DNA of 63,891 bases, counting the filler, from Stramenopiles sp. TOSAG23-2 (Eukaryota), in the NCBI GenBank assembly GCA_900128395.1. It is 37 parts of 37 records of this genome, joined end to end, with 100 filler letters (N's around TTAATTAATTAA, not from the genome) between each part and the next. Parts side by side here need not be neighbours in the genome. Positions count along the whole stretch, not along the records: positions 12,183 to 13,821 come from LT652565.1; positions 13,922 to 15,560 come from LT652566.1; positions 15,661 to 17,298 come from LT652567.1; positions 17,399 to 19,034 come from LT652568.1; positions 19,135 to 20,769 come from LT652569.1; positions 20,870 to 22,503 come from LT652570.1; positions 22,604 to 24,237 come from LT652571.1; 30 more parts are not named here. One strand, 5' to 3'. The position numbers were made by a program, and so were the translations under genes. Below are positions 12,589 to 24,337 of the stretch, one piece after another. The notes under the pieces are model-generated. The model was not told the origin of the DNA and ran no database searches. It was given only the letters and a program-made list of their open reading frames with translations. Within the stretch, counting starts at the first letter, position 1; each line of letters opens with the position of its first letter.

Positions 12589-13137
12589 TATCCAATTTTC
12601 AATTTAACCCTTGTTGAGCAATCTTAAATCTTTTTAAATTCAAAAAGAAGTGTAGTTGGTAGTTGGTACCAGTATATATATAGTAGATATATAATATGTA
12701 TATCCTTTTATATTAACTTTTTCCCAAAACAACTACTAATCGATTTTTCTGAAAATATTGTATAATTAATTTTCAATTTTTAACCCTTGTTGTTGAGCAA
12801 TCTTAAATCTTTTTAAATTCAAAAAGAAGTGTAGTCCAGGTATTAATATTATTAATAGTTGGTATAAGAAGAAGCACCTCCTTTCTCCTTTCTGACGAGA
12901 CTGGATGGACTACTTGCATGCAAATCATCCGGGGTTATTACAAAAGGACATATACATATACAGTATACATATACATTGTCCCATTGTATTATTAAAATAT
13001 ATAAATAAATATAATTAATTAATTAATAATATTATGCTCTCAGCAGAACATTTAGCATTGGAATATACATACATATACATTGCCATTGTATTATTAAAAT
13101 AAATAAATAAATAAATAATTAATTAACTAATAATATT

Positions 13138-13821
13138 ATGCTCTCAGCAGAACATTTAGCATTGGAAAATGAAGCGGTAAGACAATTATTAGCAATACGT
13201 GAAAAGGAAATACAATTTTTTACGGATAGATTTAATGCCATTTCCACCCAAAGTGCTTTAATAGCAGGGTTTGTGATTACCAGTCTTACAGCCGTGCCAC
13301 TACAAGGTCAACCAGGTCATGAAGCTTTAGAATCAGTATTTCTCATTTCTGGTGCATTGAGTATGATATGTTGCTTTTATTCATTGTTGTGTAGCACGAT
13401 GGCGGGTATTTGGGGGCCATCTTTGTCTTTACGAGGACCAAATGGCTCTGTAACAAAAGCATGGTATGAATTGAAAAAAGAATCCAAACAAATCATGATA
13501 TCGTATTTGAGTTCTATTGTATTTTTTGCCATACATGCTGGTTGTGCTTTTTTCTTAATCGATTACGATGATAAATGGACATCGTCTTGGATTGCAACAA
13601 TTATTGTCCTGCTCGGGGTATTTTTAATTTTAGTTAAATTATATTTCGTCAAAAAACGTTTAAGTTTTGATAGTACAAAGAATGCACTTGATGATACAAT
13701 AATCAGACCAGAATTTCCATCTTCAAATGTATCATCACCACAACAAATGGGAGCACCATTGTTACAAAATCAATTTTTATCAGATCATAACAATAATAAT
13801 GATACTACTAATAGTAATGAT
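13138..13821 (+). CDS. Four-TM membrane protein (Orai/PGG-like family), 3'-truncated
   Basis: QSALIAGF in TM1, four hydrophobic helices, WGPSLSLRGPNGS loop. Confidence 0.6.
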
Positions 13822-14032
13822 NNNNNNNNNNNNNNNNNNNNNNNNNNNNNNNNNNNNNNNNNNNNTTAATTAATTAANNNNNNNNNNNNNNNNNNNNNNN
13901 NNNNNNNNNNNNNNNNNNNNNTTTTAGATTTTTTTTAAAAACATTAATTTCAGACCTAGTGCTCTTATATAATGCAATGAGATTGAAAATAGCGATGGAG
14001 AAATATCAGAATTTGAAGAGAGTGATGATGAA

Positions 14033-14779
14033 ATGTATGATGATGTAGGCGAGGAAAGTAATTATCTATGGCATGATAAGAGCAGAAGAGATGAATGGGT
14101 AAATAGTCTTATATCAGATGACGCCATCAATCCGCAGAAATTTTATTGTCGTTTCTTTCAGCTTGCTCACAATTTATATAGGTGGTGTGAGGGAAACAAA
14201 TTAAATGCCAAAAAATGTAAATTGCAACTATCACCAGATGGCCTGGATATGGCTGTGCCAAACAACGTGATCGCCACGAATAAATTAGTTTGGGCAAGAC
14301 TAGAGAATTATCCTTGGTGGCCAGCGCGAATTTGCAAGTTAAACAAAGGCGAGGAAAAATGTGTAAATGAAAAAAAAGTTTTATTCTTTGAAGATTCAAG
14401 TGTTTGTTTTGTTCCGTCCAAGTCAATTAAACTTTGGAATGGGTACGGTGAATTTGGTTGGTACGAAGAAGAATCAGAGCCAATTCCAATTTACGATCGT
14501 GTCCGTTTGCATAATGCAGCAATATTTGCTAGGAATTTTGCCTCTGTTCACCCGTTTTTAAAACAAAAAAGAAAACGGAAGAAGAAGGAGAAACATAACC
14601 AAAGCAATGATGGGGGTAATGAAGTAGTAGTAAAGAAAAAGAAAGATGAAAATGTTAGTAAAGGTGTACAAAATGGAAATATGAACATTGTAACGAAACA
14701 TGAACCAGTGAAAAGTCAAGCGCTTGAAACAGGAGTTGTTGAAACGGGGGTGGGTGACAATGGGACACTTTTGAAATAG
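14033..14779 (+). CDS. PWWP-domain chromatin protein (probably 5'-incomplete)
   Basis: LVWARLENYPWWPARI..VLFFED motif; basic NLS-like tail. Confidence 0.85.
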   Translation: MYDDVGEESNYLWHDKSRRDEWVNSLISDDAINPQKFYCRFFQLAHNLYRWCEGNKLNAKKCKLQLSPDGLDMAVPNNVIATNKLVWARLENYPWWPARICKLNKGEEKCVNEKKVLFFEDSSVCFVPSKSIKLWNGYGEFGWYEEESEPIPIYDRVRLHNAAIFARNFASVHPFLKQKRKRKKKEKHNQSNDGGNEVVVKKKKDENVSKGVQNGNMNIVTKHEPVKSQALETGVVETGVGDNGTLLK

Positions 14780-15192
14780 AAGGGGTTTTGAATAAAAAAT
14801 AAAAAAAAATATAATATATATCTTGTTTTATATATAAAAATTTAAAAAAAAATCCAAAAAAAATAATATTTTATATTTTATCTCCTGCTGAGAGAAGAAT
14901 ATTATCAATATATACATGCTGAATACTGGAATACTCAATCTAAGAAAAGGATTTACTCCTACTTCCTACTACGAACTTCGTATAAAATAAATAAAGCTCT
15001 CATGCGCCGCCGCAAGCTAATACTCTCTATGCATTATATAAGAGCACTAGGTCTGAAATTAATGTTTTTAAAAAAAATCTAAAAAAGTTGTTTAGTGAAA
15101 TAAATAACGTGTTAAATCTCCTCCTAAATATGCTACGAAGTGCCATAGTCCTGGCACTCTAATACTCTACAAGCACAAGTAAAAAGTAAGAA

Positions 15193-15254
15193 GTTTCTAT
15201 CCTTCCTTACGCGCTAGTTGAACGCGTTGGACGTCGTCGGCTTCGCTCGAAAAC
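15193..15254 (+). repeat. GC-rich dispersed ~60 bp element, copy A
   Basis: Aligns with the reverse complement of 44885-44943 (GTTTCTATCCTTCC...GTTGAACGCG.TGGACGTC..GG.TTC.CTCGAAAAC). Confidence 0.8.
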
Positions 15255-15660
15255 GGGGGTGTTATCGATGCGGCAGATCCTGTAGTAAAGCCAGTAATTT
15301 GCCGGAAAAGATCTGTCTTGCAGGTCTCTACAAAATTTTGTTGACCCGGTTCGTAAATGTGTACGAAAATTCGTATGATGCTTCGTATATAACTGAGATT
15401 TTTTAACTTTTACGAGCTCGTACATCATACGTAAAAAATTTAAATATGATATTCGTGCGAGGCAAAAGAATTTCAGCCGTCATACACAGCAGGCACTAAA
15501 AAAATGCCGTGAAGATATAGGAAAATATAAGTACAATAAAATAGTATACTCTAGCATGTTNNNNNNNNNNNNNNNNNNNNNNNNNNNNNNNNNNNNNNNN
15601 NNNNTTAATTAATTAANNNNNNNNNNNNNNNNNNNNNNNNNNNNNNNNNNNNNNNNNNNN

Positions 15661-16040
15661 TTTTTTTTAATACAATTATCACATGTTTCAAAGGTTGTTG
15701 CACTACCCATTACTGCCATAACAACCCCTAAGATAGTGCAGAAGAACCCAACTGCATTAGCAATAGAAAAAACACGCATTAATAGTTTATTTTGTCCGTT
15801 AATACCCTCCACGAAACAGAAGCAACACGAAGCACCAATTGCAATGCTGAGTATCAGTCCAATCCAAAAGAACACACCAACTTGTGCGCCCGACCCAGCA
15901 AATGTTTGTATCATAGATACCAACAAGGAAATAAACCACCAACCAACAACAAACATGAATAAGCTTTTCATGAATTTAACTTGGTGTTCAGGCACCTCTT
16001 GTGAAACGTTAAATAAACCATTCAATACACGTACTTTTTG
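15661..16040 (-). CDS. Hypothetical multi-pass membrane protein fragment
   Basis: Three hydrophobic helices; open to the contig edge. Confidence 0.55.
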
Positions 16041-16740
16041 CGGTCCATAAATAATATAAATAATATACAGAGACATCAGCAGTGTGAAACAGTGAAACTA
16101 AAACCACCTATAAAAAACCAAAAACTAAAAAATTGGATTCACACCTTAAAAATAATACCTGTGCTACAATGATGCTATCTATTATATTGTGCTATTTCCC
16201 TGTAAACAGCTTTTATATTCAAGGGAAAAAAAGAAAACCGGACACATTGTAGTTTTATTAGCTAGCACACAGCATACAGCTAGCATACAGCATGCCTTAT
16301 TTGCACTCATTACAGTAGTCGGAACACACGACGCATCATTACAGATTTTACAGCATTTTATTCTATTATTGCAACTATTATACTATTAATATACTTATTT
16401 TACTTGTGGTATTATTACCGTTGTCCGTTTTATGACTATACCTGCACACTGGGCAATAGGTATATAATATTATAACATTACACAGCATTGAAATTAATAC
16501 GGTAATAATGATTAATAAGAGGGTATTATTATTGCTTGCCAGCTTGCCACCTGGTGGCCGGCAGCATGATGATGCATCATACTGGCAACATTTTTACATA
16601 ACAATAATATTATAATCAATATAGATAATTATACATTTCAAATCAACAAGTTTAATAGTATCTATTCAACGTCAAAGCCCAGTCATTCATTTATTCAACC
16701 AGTAAAACAAATTACTACATCGTTCGTAATAGCTAATAGT

Positions 16741-17298
16741 ATGGGTGATCGAGCTATACCGGAGGGAAATCCAATCTTAGTTGAAAAAGAACGTAAAAGA
16801 TTGAGACAGGTACATTTATCTAGGTTGCGTAAAACAAGGCCAACTATTGACACTTCGTTACCTAAAGGTTTTTCGAGAAAGAAAGGCGGTGGACTCATAC
16901 GCAAGAAAAATTTAAAACGCGAACAGCAAATGGAGGAACGCTACTCCGCTATAGNNNNNNNNNNNNNNNNNNNNNNNNNNNNNNNNNNNNNNNNNNNNNN
17001 NNNNNNNNNNNNNNNNNNNNNNNNNNNNNNNNNNNNNNNNNNNNNNNNNNNNNNNNNNNNNNNNNNNNNNTCCTCCATAGAGCGAGAAAATCGTCGTTTG
17101 CTTGAAAAAATGTCATCTGTAATGACGTCCAAAACTTTAGATAATAAACTAGCAGCAAAATATAGACATTTTAACACAGTGAATGGCCCAGCTAGAAAAA
17201 GATTACAAGAAAAAATAAAATTAGATAATTTACACAATAAGAAATTAATACAAAACACAGAAGCATATTACCAAACGAAGGTATGGGAAGTTGAAAGG
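16741..17298 (+). CDS. Cilia/flagella-associated CFAP97 (KIAA1430/hemingway)-like protein, gapped and truncated
   Basis: H..RL....PTIDT, IERENRRLLEKMS and N...RKR....I..DN.....I....YY pattern. Confidence 0.7.
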
Positions 17299-17398
17299 NN
17301 NNNNNNNNNNNNNNNNNNNNNNNNNNNNNNNNNNNNNNNNNNTTAATTAATTAANNNNNNNNNNNNNNNNNNNNNNNNNNNNNNNNNNNNNNNNNNNN

Positions 17399-19034
17399 GA
17401 AGTTGATTTGTCACTTGGTGCTCGTAAATTATTTGAAGATGGATTAAACCATGAAATAATTAATAATTCAAAAGTTTTCATACCATTAAAATATCAAACT
17501 ATGATGGAAGCATCGGCATATGGTGGGTTTGAGCTTGCAATAGGATATTGTCATTTACATGGACTTGGTAATTTTGACAAAGATGAGAAAAAAGGATATA
17601 ATATAATTAACAAATACATTAAGACTAACAAAGATGATAGTTTGGCACAATATTTAATGGCTGCTATGTATTATTATGGTCGTGGTGTTACACAGGATTA
17701 CAAAAAATCAGTTGAATGGTATACAAAATCAGCAGAACAAGGATTTGCACCTGGTCAAAATAATCTTGGTTGTATGTATCAAAATGGTGATGGTGTTACA
17801 AAGGATTACAAAAAAGCAGTTGAATGGTATACAAAATCAGCAGAACAAGGATATGCAAGTGGTCAATTTAATCTTGGTGGAATGTATTATCATGGTCAAG
17901 GTGTTACAAAGGATTACAAAAAAGCATTTGAATGGTGTACAAAAGCAGCAGAACAAGGAAATACATGTGGTCAATTTAATCTTGGTTTAACGTATCACAA
18001 TGGTGATGGTGTTACAAAAGATTACAAAAAAGCAGTTGAATGGTATACAAAAGCAGCAGAACAAGGATATGCACGTGGTCAATGCAATCTTGGTTACATG
18101 TATCGAAATGGTCGTGGTGTTACAAAGGATCTCAAAAAAGCAGTTGAATGGTATACAAAAGCAGCAGAACAAGGAAATGCACGTGGTCAATGTAATCTTG
18201 GTTATATGTATGAAAATGGTCATGGCGTTACAAAGGATCTCAAAAAAGCAGTTGAATGGTATACAAAATCAGCAGAACAAGGATTTGCACCTGGTCAGCA
18301 TACTCTTGGTGTAATGTATGAAAATGGTAATGGTGTTACAAAGGATTACAAAAAAGCTGTTGAATGGTTTACAAAATCAGCAGAACAAGGATATCCAGGT
18401 GGTCAATATAATCTTGGTACAATGTATGAAAATGGTTATGGTGTTACAAAGGATGACAAAAAAGCAGTTGAATGGTATACAAAAGCAGCGGAACAAGGAC
18501 ATGCACAGGGTCAAAATAATCTTGGTTATATGTATCAAAATGGTTATGGTGTTACAAAGGATGACAAAAAAACAGTTGAATGGTATACAAAAGCAGCGGA
18601 ACAAGGACATGTAAGTGGTCAATATAATCTTGGCGTAATGTATGATACTGGTTATGGTGTTACAAAGGATGACAAAAAAGCATTTGAATGGTATACAAAA
18701 TCAGCAGAACAAGGATATGCACTTGGTCAATATAATGTTGGCGTAATGTATGATAATGGTCGAGGTGTTACAATGGATAAAGCGAAAGCTGTTGAATGGT
18801 ATACAAAATCAGCAGAACAAGGATATGCAGATGGTCAATATAATCTTGGTAGAATGTATGATAATGGTAATGGCGTTACAAAAGATTACAAAAAAGCACT
18901 TGAATGGTATACAAAATCAGCAGAAAAAGGAAATGCATGTGGGCAATACAATCTTGGTGAAATGTATTATTATGGTCAAGGTGTTACAAAGGATTACAAA
19001 AAAGCAGTTGAATGGTCTACAAAAGCAGCAGAAC
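17399..19034 (+). CDS. Sel1-like repeat protein with 13 tandem 36-aa repeats, truncated
   Basis: 108-bp units with consensus A.GQ.NLG.MY..G.GVTKD.KKAVEWYTKSAEQG. Confidence 0.97.
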
Positions 19035-20158
19035 NNNNNNNNNNNNNNNNNNNNNNNNNNNNNNNNNNNNNNNNNNNNTTAATTAATTAANNNNNNNNNN
19101 NNNNNNNNNNNNNNNNNNNNNNNNNNNNNNNNNNAACTACCTTAAAGAAAAATCACAAAATCATATAATTGTCGTCAGTTACACACTACTACCTATGACA
19201 CATCTCTGGGAGATCTCAAAAAAAATGTGTCTTTTTATATGTCTATACCATCTAATAATAGCTATCCCAATAAACAGGATATACACGCATATATTTATTA
19301 ATTTTACGTTAGGCCAGACATATTATACATTATATATATATATATATATTGAAACATTGACATTTCAATTTAAAAGGTTTTCCAAACATATTTTAAACAG
19401 ACAAATATATATGAATTATGTTTCTAATACATATTAGCTATATAAATAATGCACCATATGTGTGTGAATATGAATAATTGCTTAATGCTTAAACAAAAAA
19501 AATAAATAATTCAAAATTATTTTTTAGTTCGTGCGTTCCGAAGTTTGCATAATATTTATGTTAAGGTAACAAGTATTCATTGTATATATTTATATTTTCC
19601 TAAAATAAATTTAACCCAGGAAGGATATTTTTTTCTAAAAATTGTTTTTTTTTTTTTTTTTTTTTAAAAAAAAAACAAAAATGATNNNNNNNNNNNNNNN
19701 NNNNNNNNNNNNNNNNNNNNNNNNNNNNNNNNNNNNNNNNNNNNNNNNNNNNNNNNNNNNNTTTTCCAAAAAAAAATTTAACCCAGGAAGGATTTTTTTT
19801 TCTAAAAATTTTTTTTTTTTTTTTTTTTTTCTAAAAATAATCACAAAATAGTGAAACCCCCGAATCACAAATGCAAATGGTCAATTTTATGCTTTATGCT
19901 TTTCCTTTAAAATATGAATAAAAATATGAATAAAAAAGACACATTAACTTTTTCAATGTGTGTATATATATATATATAGATTTCCATTTTAGTTAGTTGA
20001 TCAACCACGAGGGACATTATTCTAGTCTCTGCATATCTATCTATTGATAAAAATCATATTGTAGCAAATTTTGAAAATAGTGTGTGTGTGTATGTAGCAA
20101 TACCTATAACTCAAAGAAATCATTTGACACGCATGTGATAACATAAACAAATACGAAT

Positions 20159-20548
20159 ATGGACGTAATTAAATATAGACATTATGTAGTCAGTGATGCG
20201 AAATATTGTTGCATTGCGTGTAATAAGGGCGATGTACTAGTGCGGAAAGGTCATGCGTATTATTTAAACGAACATAAAGTTGTAGTCGGATATCAAATTG
20301 CAAATTCGACTGTGCCATACACGGTGTTTTTACCAGTATTTTCATTTTATCGAGAAAGTTTTCTATCGAAAATAAGAAATGGTATCAATAAGTTTGCAAA
20401 GTTTACTGTTGCGACATTTCGAATGAAACTGTATATGAAAGAAATGGATGAAATATCAAAAAAAGTATTGAAGAAACCGTTTCCTATGGTGCTATTACAT
20501 ATTATTGGACTGTACTGCTACGATCCTTTTCTATTGGTAAAAAGATAA
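20159..20548 (+). CDS. Hypothetical protein
   Basis: 129-aa ATG ORF of plausible composition; no motif recognised. Confidence 0.35.
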   Translation: MDVIKYRHYVVSDAKYCCIACNKGDVLVRKGHAYYLNEHKVVVGYQIANSTVPYTVFLPVFSFYRESFLSKIRNGINKFAKFTVATFRMKLYMKEMDEISKKVLKKPFPMVLLHIIGLYCYDPFLLVKR

Positions 20549-21206
20549 ATTTTTTACATGGAAATCAAGGAGATAGACGTTTTGACTATGTACAAATGTG
20601 GGCGCAATAGTATTTAATCTTACAAATATCTGATATGATATTACTGCTGGTGTGCATAAATAATATATTATGTTTTTTTATTACTCTTCCTCTGCCGCCT
20701 CTTTCCCACCTCTGCCACTAAAAGTATTATCTTGTGGATTTTCTTTTTTATCATACAATGAAAAAACGCNNNNNNNNNNNNNNNNNNNNNNNNNNNNNNN
20801 NNNNNNNNNNNNNTTAATTAATTAANNNNNNNNNNNNNNNNNNNNNNNNNNNNNNNNNNNNNNNNNNNNTTTCATGAGAGATATTTAAATTAAATAGGGT
20901 AATATGTAAAAAGTATACTAAAAACAGTAAATTAAGCATAATTTTTTATACATTTTAATGCTGTGTCCATGTAGTTGTGCCTATCGGTGCCTGCCGTCCT
21001 CCTCCTTGAGGCAAAAGTTGTGCCTATGGCCAAGGACTATGGTGTGTGGTTAAAAAGAAAAGTCTAGGACCTAGATTAGTGTGTGGTGGTCTGCGAGAGA
21101 GTCCAACCTTTTGTCGATAATAAAAAATAATTAATAGATTTTTTTGAGATTTTGAAAGTATAAAAAATCAATCAAAAGCTGGTGCCGATAACTTGAAGAA
21201 TAGAAT

Positions 21207-22503
21207 TTGACAAAACAAAAAAAAAACAACCAAGAAACGAATATAAAAGTTGACGGCCAAATTATAAATCAGTTGAAATCAGATAAATATTTGGTACAGA
21301 TTTTAAAACGTACACCAGTGGATCGGTATCACATTTACAAAACATTTATAGATAATTATATAACGACAGAAGCAAAACGACAGCAAACGAAAGCTATCTC
21401 TGTAATTGAATTAAATAATGAGGCATATGAATTTTCAACACAATTGGCATTAGAAATGACAGAAGAAAATTTAACCAAAGTACCATATGAACAAGGACTA
21501 CATCGATTTAGACAAGAAAGTCGGTGGAAACTATTTTTAGGTGAACGTGGCGAAGCAATGGAAATGATACGTCGTGTCGCACCAATACAAAAACGTAAGT
21601 ACAAACTCAATTTTATAAAAATTGTAAAGTGTTACAATACATACTAACTGCATTTTAATACTTCATTTTCACTTAACTGGTTATCTACAAATGCAGGTGT
21701 TGGTATAATTTCGTTCATACATAAATCGGTGCAAGAATATTTAACGGCATCGGAAGTAATACGCGCTATTTCAAATGCATGCGATGAAACCTTGATGTCA
21801 TTAGATGAATTAAATGCATTCGTTACAAAAGTCGAAACGCTAAGACAGGGTGGATATAAAGTGCAAGACAATATTCGGCAAATGGAACGTAACAAAGTAG
21901 CAAGTAATATGGCAAATGCTATAATTAAAATGGATACTAACAAAGTTGCAGAAACAAGAAAAAAATGGAAAGATTTGAAAGATCGGAAAGCCATTGCGCG
22001 TAAGAAAGTAAAGGAATGGGAAGCGTTATGTGAGAAACAAAATGGATCCAAACCAACTAAAAGCGATAGAAAAAAGGTTGCCAATTTGTATAAAGATGCA
22101 AAAGCTATTTCTTCACAATTGAAATTAACAGAGACAGAATTGCAAAAACTAGAGCAGGCATATACGAGTACAAATAATTCAGCAAAGGATTGGAAATTAC
22201 ATAAAAAATATGTTGGGAATAGTAAGCGTTTAATTGATATGTTTCTTGCGATTGAGCGTTCGCCATTGAATCGAATATTTATTGGTGGAGAGGAAGCAGT
22301 ATTAGACTTTTTAGTGGATTGTATGGTTGGCGAAAATCCTTTGATAGCACATATGATGGATATAGTTGGAAGAGTTACTACAATTGGACATGTATTTGGT
22401 AAAGATGATTTAGATATGGTAAAGGATAATATGCGAGATTTATTTATTACCAATTTGCCGAAACGAGATAATGTTGGAACGTTGTTTCACGAAGCAGCAA
22501 CAG
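21207..22503 (+). CDS. NACHT/STAND-type protein, post-NTPase HD1/winged-helix region; exons ~21207-21594 and 21697-22503, truncated
   Basis: Splicing joins two ORFs and gives SFIHKSVQEYLTA (NACHT winged-helix F.H.S.QEYL.A motif). Upstream RYHIYKTFI and FSTQLALEM resemble HD1. Ends in the ankyrin-like GTLFHEAA. Confidence 0.72.
21595..21696 (+). other. Spliceosomal intron, 102 nt
   Basis: GTAAGT, TACTAAC at 21642-21648, TGCAG; phase 1 with the frame preserved. Confidence 0.85.
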
Positions 22504-23399
22504 NNNNNNNNNNNNNNNNNNNNNNNNNNNNNNNNNNNNNNNNNNNNTTAATTAATTAANNNNNNNNNNNNNNNNNNNNNNNNNNNNNNNNNNNNNNNNN
22601 NNNCAGTACTTTTCATTTTCTTTGTTTTTACAATTGCTTTTCCTTTTCCACCTTTTCTGGTATTTTTACCAGATTTTCCACCACCACCTTTAGCAGTGTT
22701 ACGAACATTCATGTTTTTTGTTGTATGTTTGTTTTAATATAATTTATTATGAATATTGTTTTAATATTTTGATATCTTTGTTTTAGTTTCTCATTCCTTC
22801 TTTTCAATTTTCAAACTTTCATAATCGAGGAGTGTAAATAGGTATTATATATGTTTCTTGCCGCCATATTGATTGATTTGCGTGTGTGAATTTGATGAAT
22901 TTCAAACTAGGTTTACATGATATGTGCATTGTAATACCAAATAGTAGGGGAATAGGATTAGAAACCATAATTTTAACATGAAAAAATATGTGCACATTTT
23001 GGTATTCTGGCCAATCTATAACTTTTGATTACTTGATAGGATATATAACAATGAAAAATTTATTTTACTCTCATCTCAATCTTCAATTTCTTTTTCAACT
23101 GTTATACTACAAATAATATTAAAATGATATTTGTCATACCAATTTAAATTGTTATATTCAATCTCATTTTCACATTGTCAAAATCGAGCGACTTTACATT
23201 TGCGGGCCATTGGATTTGCCGCTTGATGGTTAGCAAAAGTTGGTATTACATTGTGCACGTTACTTGCTGATAAATTATTGTGTACTCCAAGATGATGTTG
23301 TTTTTTTTAAATATCGAAGATGATTATAAATAAATTTTCATCCCAAGTCACAACATCAACCGTTTTCCCTCCCTTTAAATTTTGCGCCTCTTATAAATA

Positions 23400-23686
23400 G
23401 CCATTACTGACATGGAACGATGGAAAACACATAATCCGGATAAATATAAACAAATTGGACTAACCCGATACGTCGACGACATCATAATTATCAATATTTA
23501 CAAACAAGGAAAAAAACATACGGCATCACGTTTTTTACATCAAATTTTCAATGACAAACCAATCTTTAAAAAACCACTGAGACTGATCCGAGAAAAACCA
23601 AATGTAGATGGATCTCTTAATTTTCTAGAGGCCAACGTTAAAATTATCAATAACGATGTTATTACGCATTTTTACAACAAAAATCA
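23400..23686 (+). mobile_element. Penelope-like element reverse transcriptase fragment flanked by 24-bp direct repeats
   Basis: RYVDDI catalytic motif, then E....DGSLNFLE..V......THFYNK (PLE RT thumb). TAAATTTTGCGCCTCTTATAAATA occurs at 23376-23399 and 23687-23710. Confidence 0.75.
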
Positions 23687-24337
23687 TAAATTTTGCGCCT
23701 CTTATAAATATTTTATAGATATGCACATATATATCTATTTGATAATAATAAAATAATTAAAAAAATCTTGTGGCTATATCCGGAAATGTTAAATTTGGAT
23801 GAAAATATCTATATAAAATATCCGATTTTTTTTATATTATCCTATACAAATATATATTTATGATATACTAAATCTGTACTTATTTGAACCCCACTCTAGA
23901 GGAGGTTTTCACACATGTTTTCATCCGTATAAAAAAAAAAAATGATTTGAATTTATTCTAGTCAGTCCCCACATGGACATACCATTGCAATTTTTTTTGA
24001 ATATCAAAATAACCATTTCTAAATTTGAAATTATAACGTAGGACTATTGATAAATACATACCTGAAAATAAAAATTGAATATATCTATATCTATATATAT
24101 CTGTAATAGAGAGAGACAGAACAGTCATACATACATACATACATATATATATATACATACAAGATATATTTTGTTGATAATAGTGTGTGTGTGCAAGAAC
24201 AAGGACGAATATGTATACATCCAATGAAGGTGGGGGANNNNNNNNNNNNNNNNNNNNNNNNNNNNNNNNNNNNNNNNNNNNTTAATTAATTAANNNNNNN
24301 NNNNNNNNNNNNNNNNNNNNNNNNNNNNNNNNNNNNN

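Noticed and set aside
12183-13821. Terminal inverted repeats suggesting a linear mini-chromosome (also 32985-34610)
   Set aside because: The ~55-nt repeat is coding sequence from one gene pasted onto the other by microhomology, giving identical peptide tails. This is a chimera.
13922-15084. 55-bp inverted repeats flanking the PWWP gene as transposon TIRs
   Set aside because: One arm is exactly the first 55 nt of the contig. The same ~55-nt end fold-back occurs in two other contigs, which fits a k-mer or amplification artefact.
15193-15254. Hammerhead ribozyme or tRNA in the GC-rich element
   Set aside because: GAAAC-like and GTTC-like words are present, but there is no CUGAnGA core and no cloverleaf.
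17640-19034. Sel1 array as a CRISPR array or DGR target
   Set aside because: The repeats are in-frame 108-bp coding units with no unique spacers, and I see no template repeat or linked RT.
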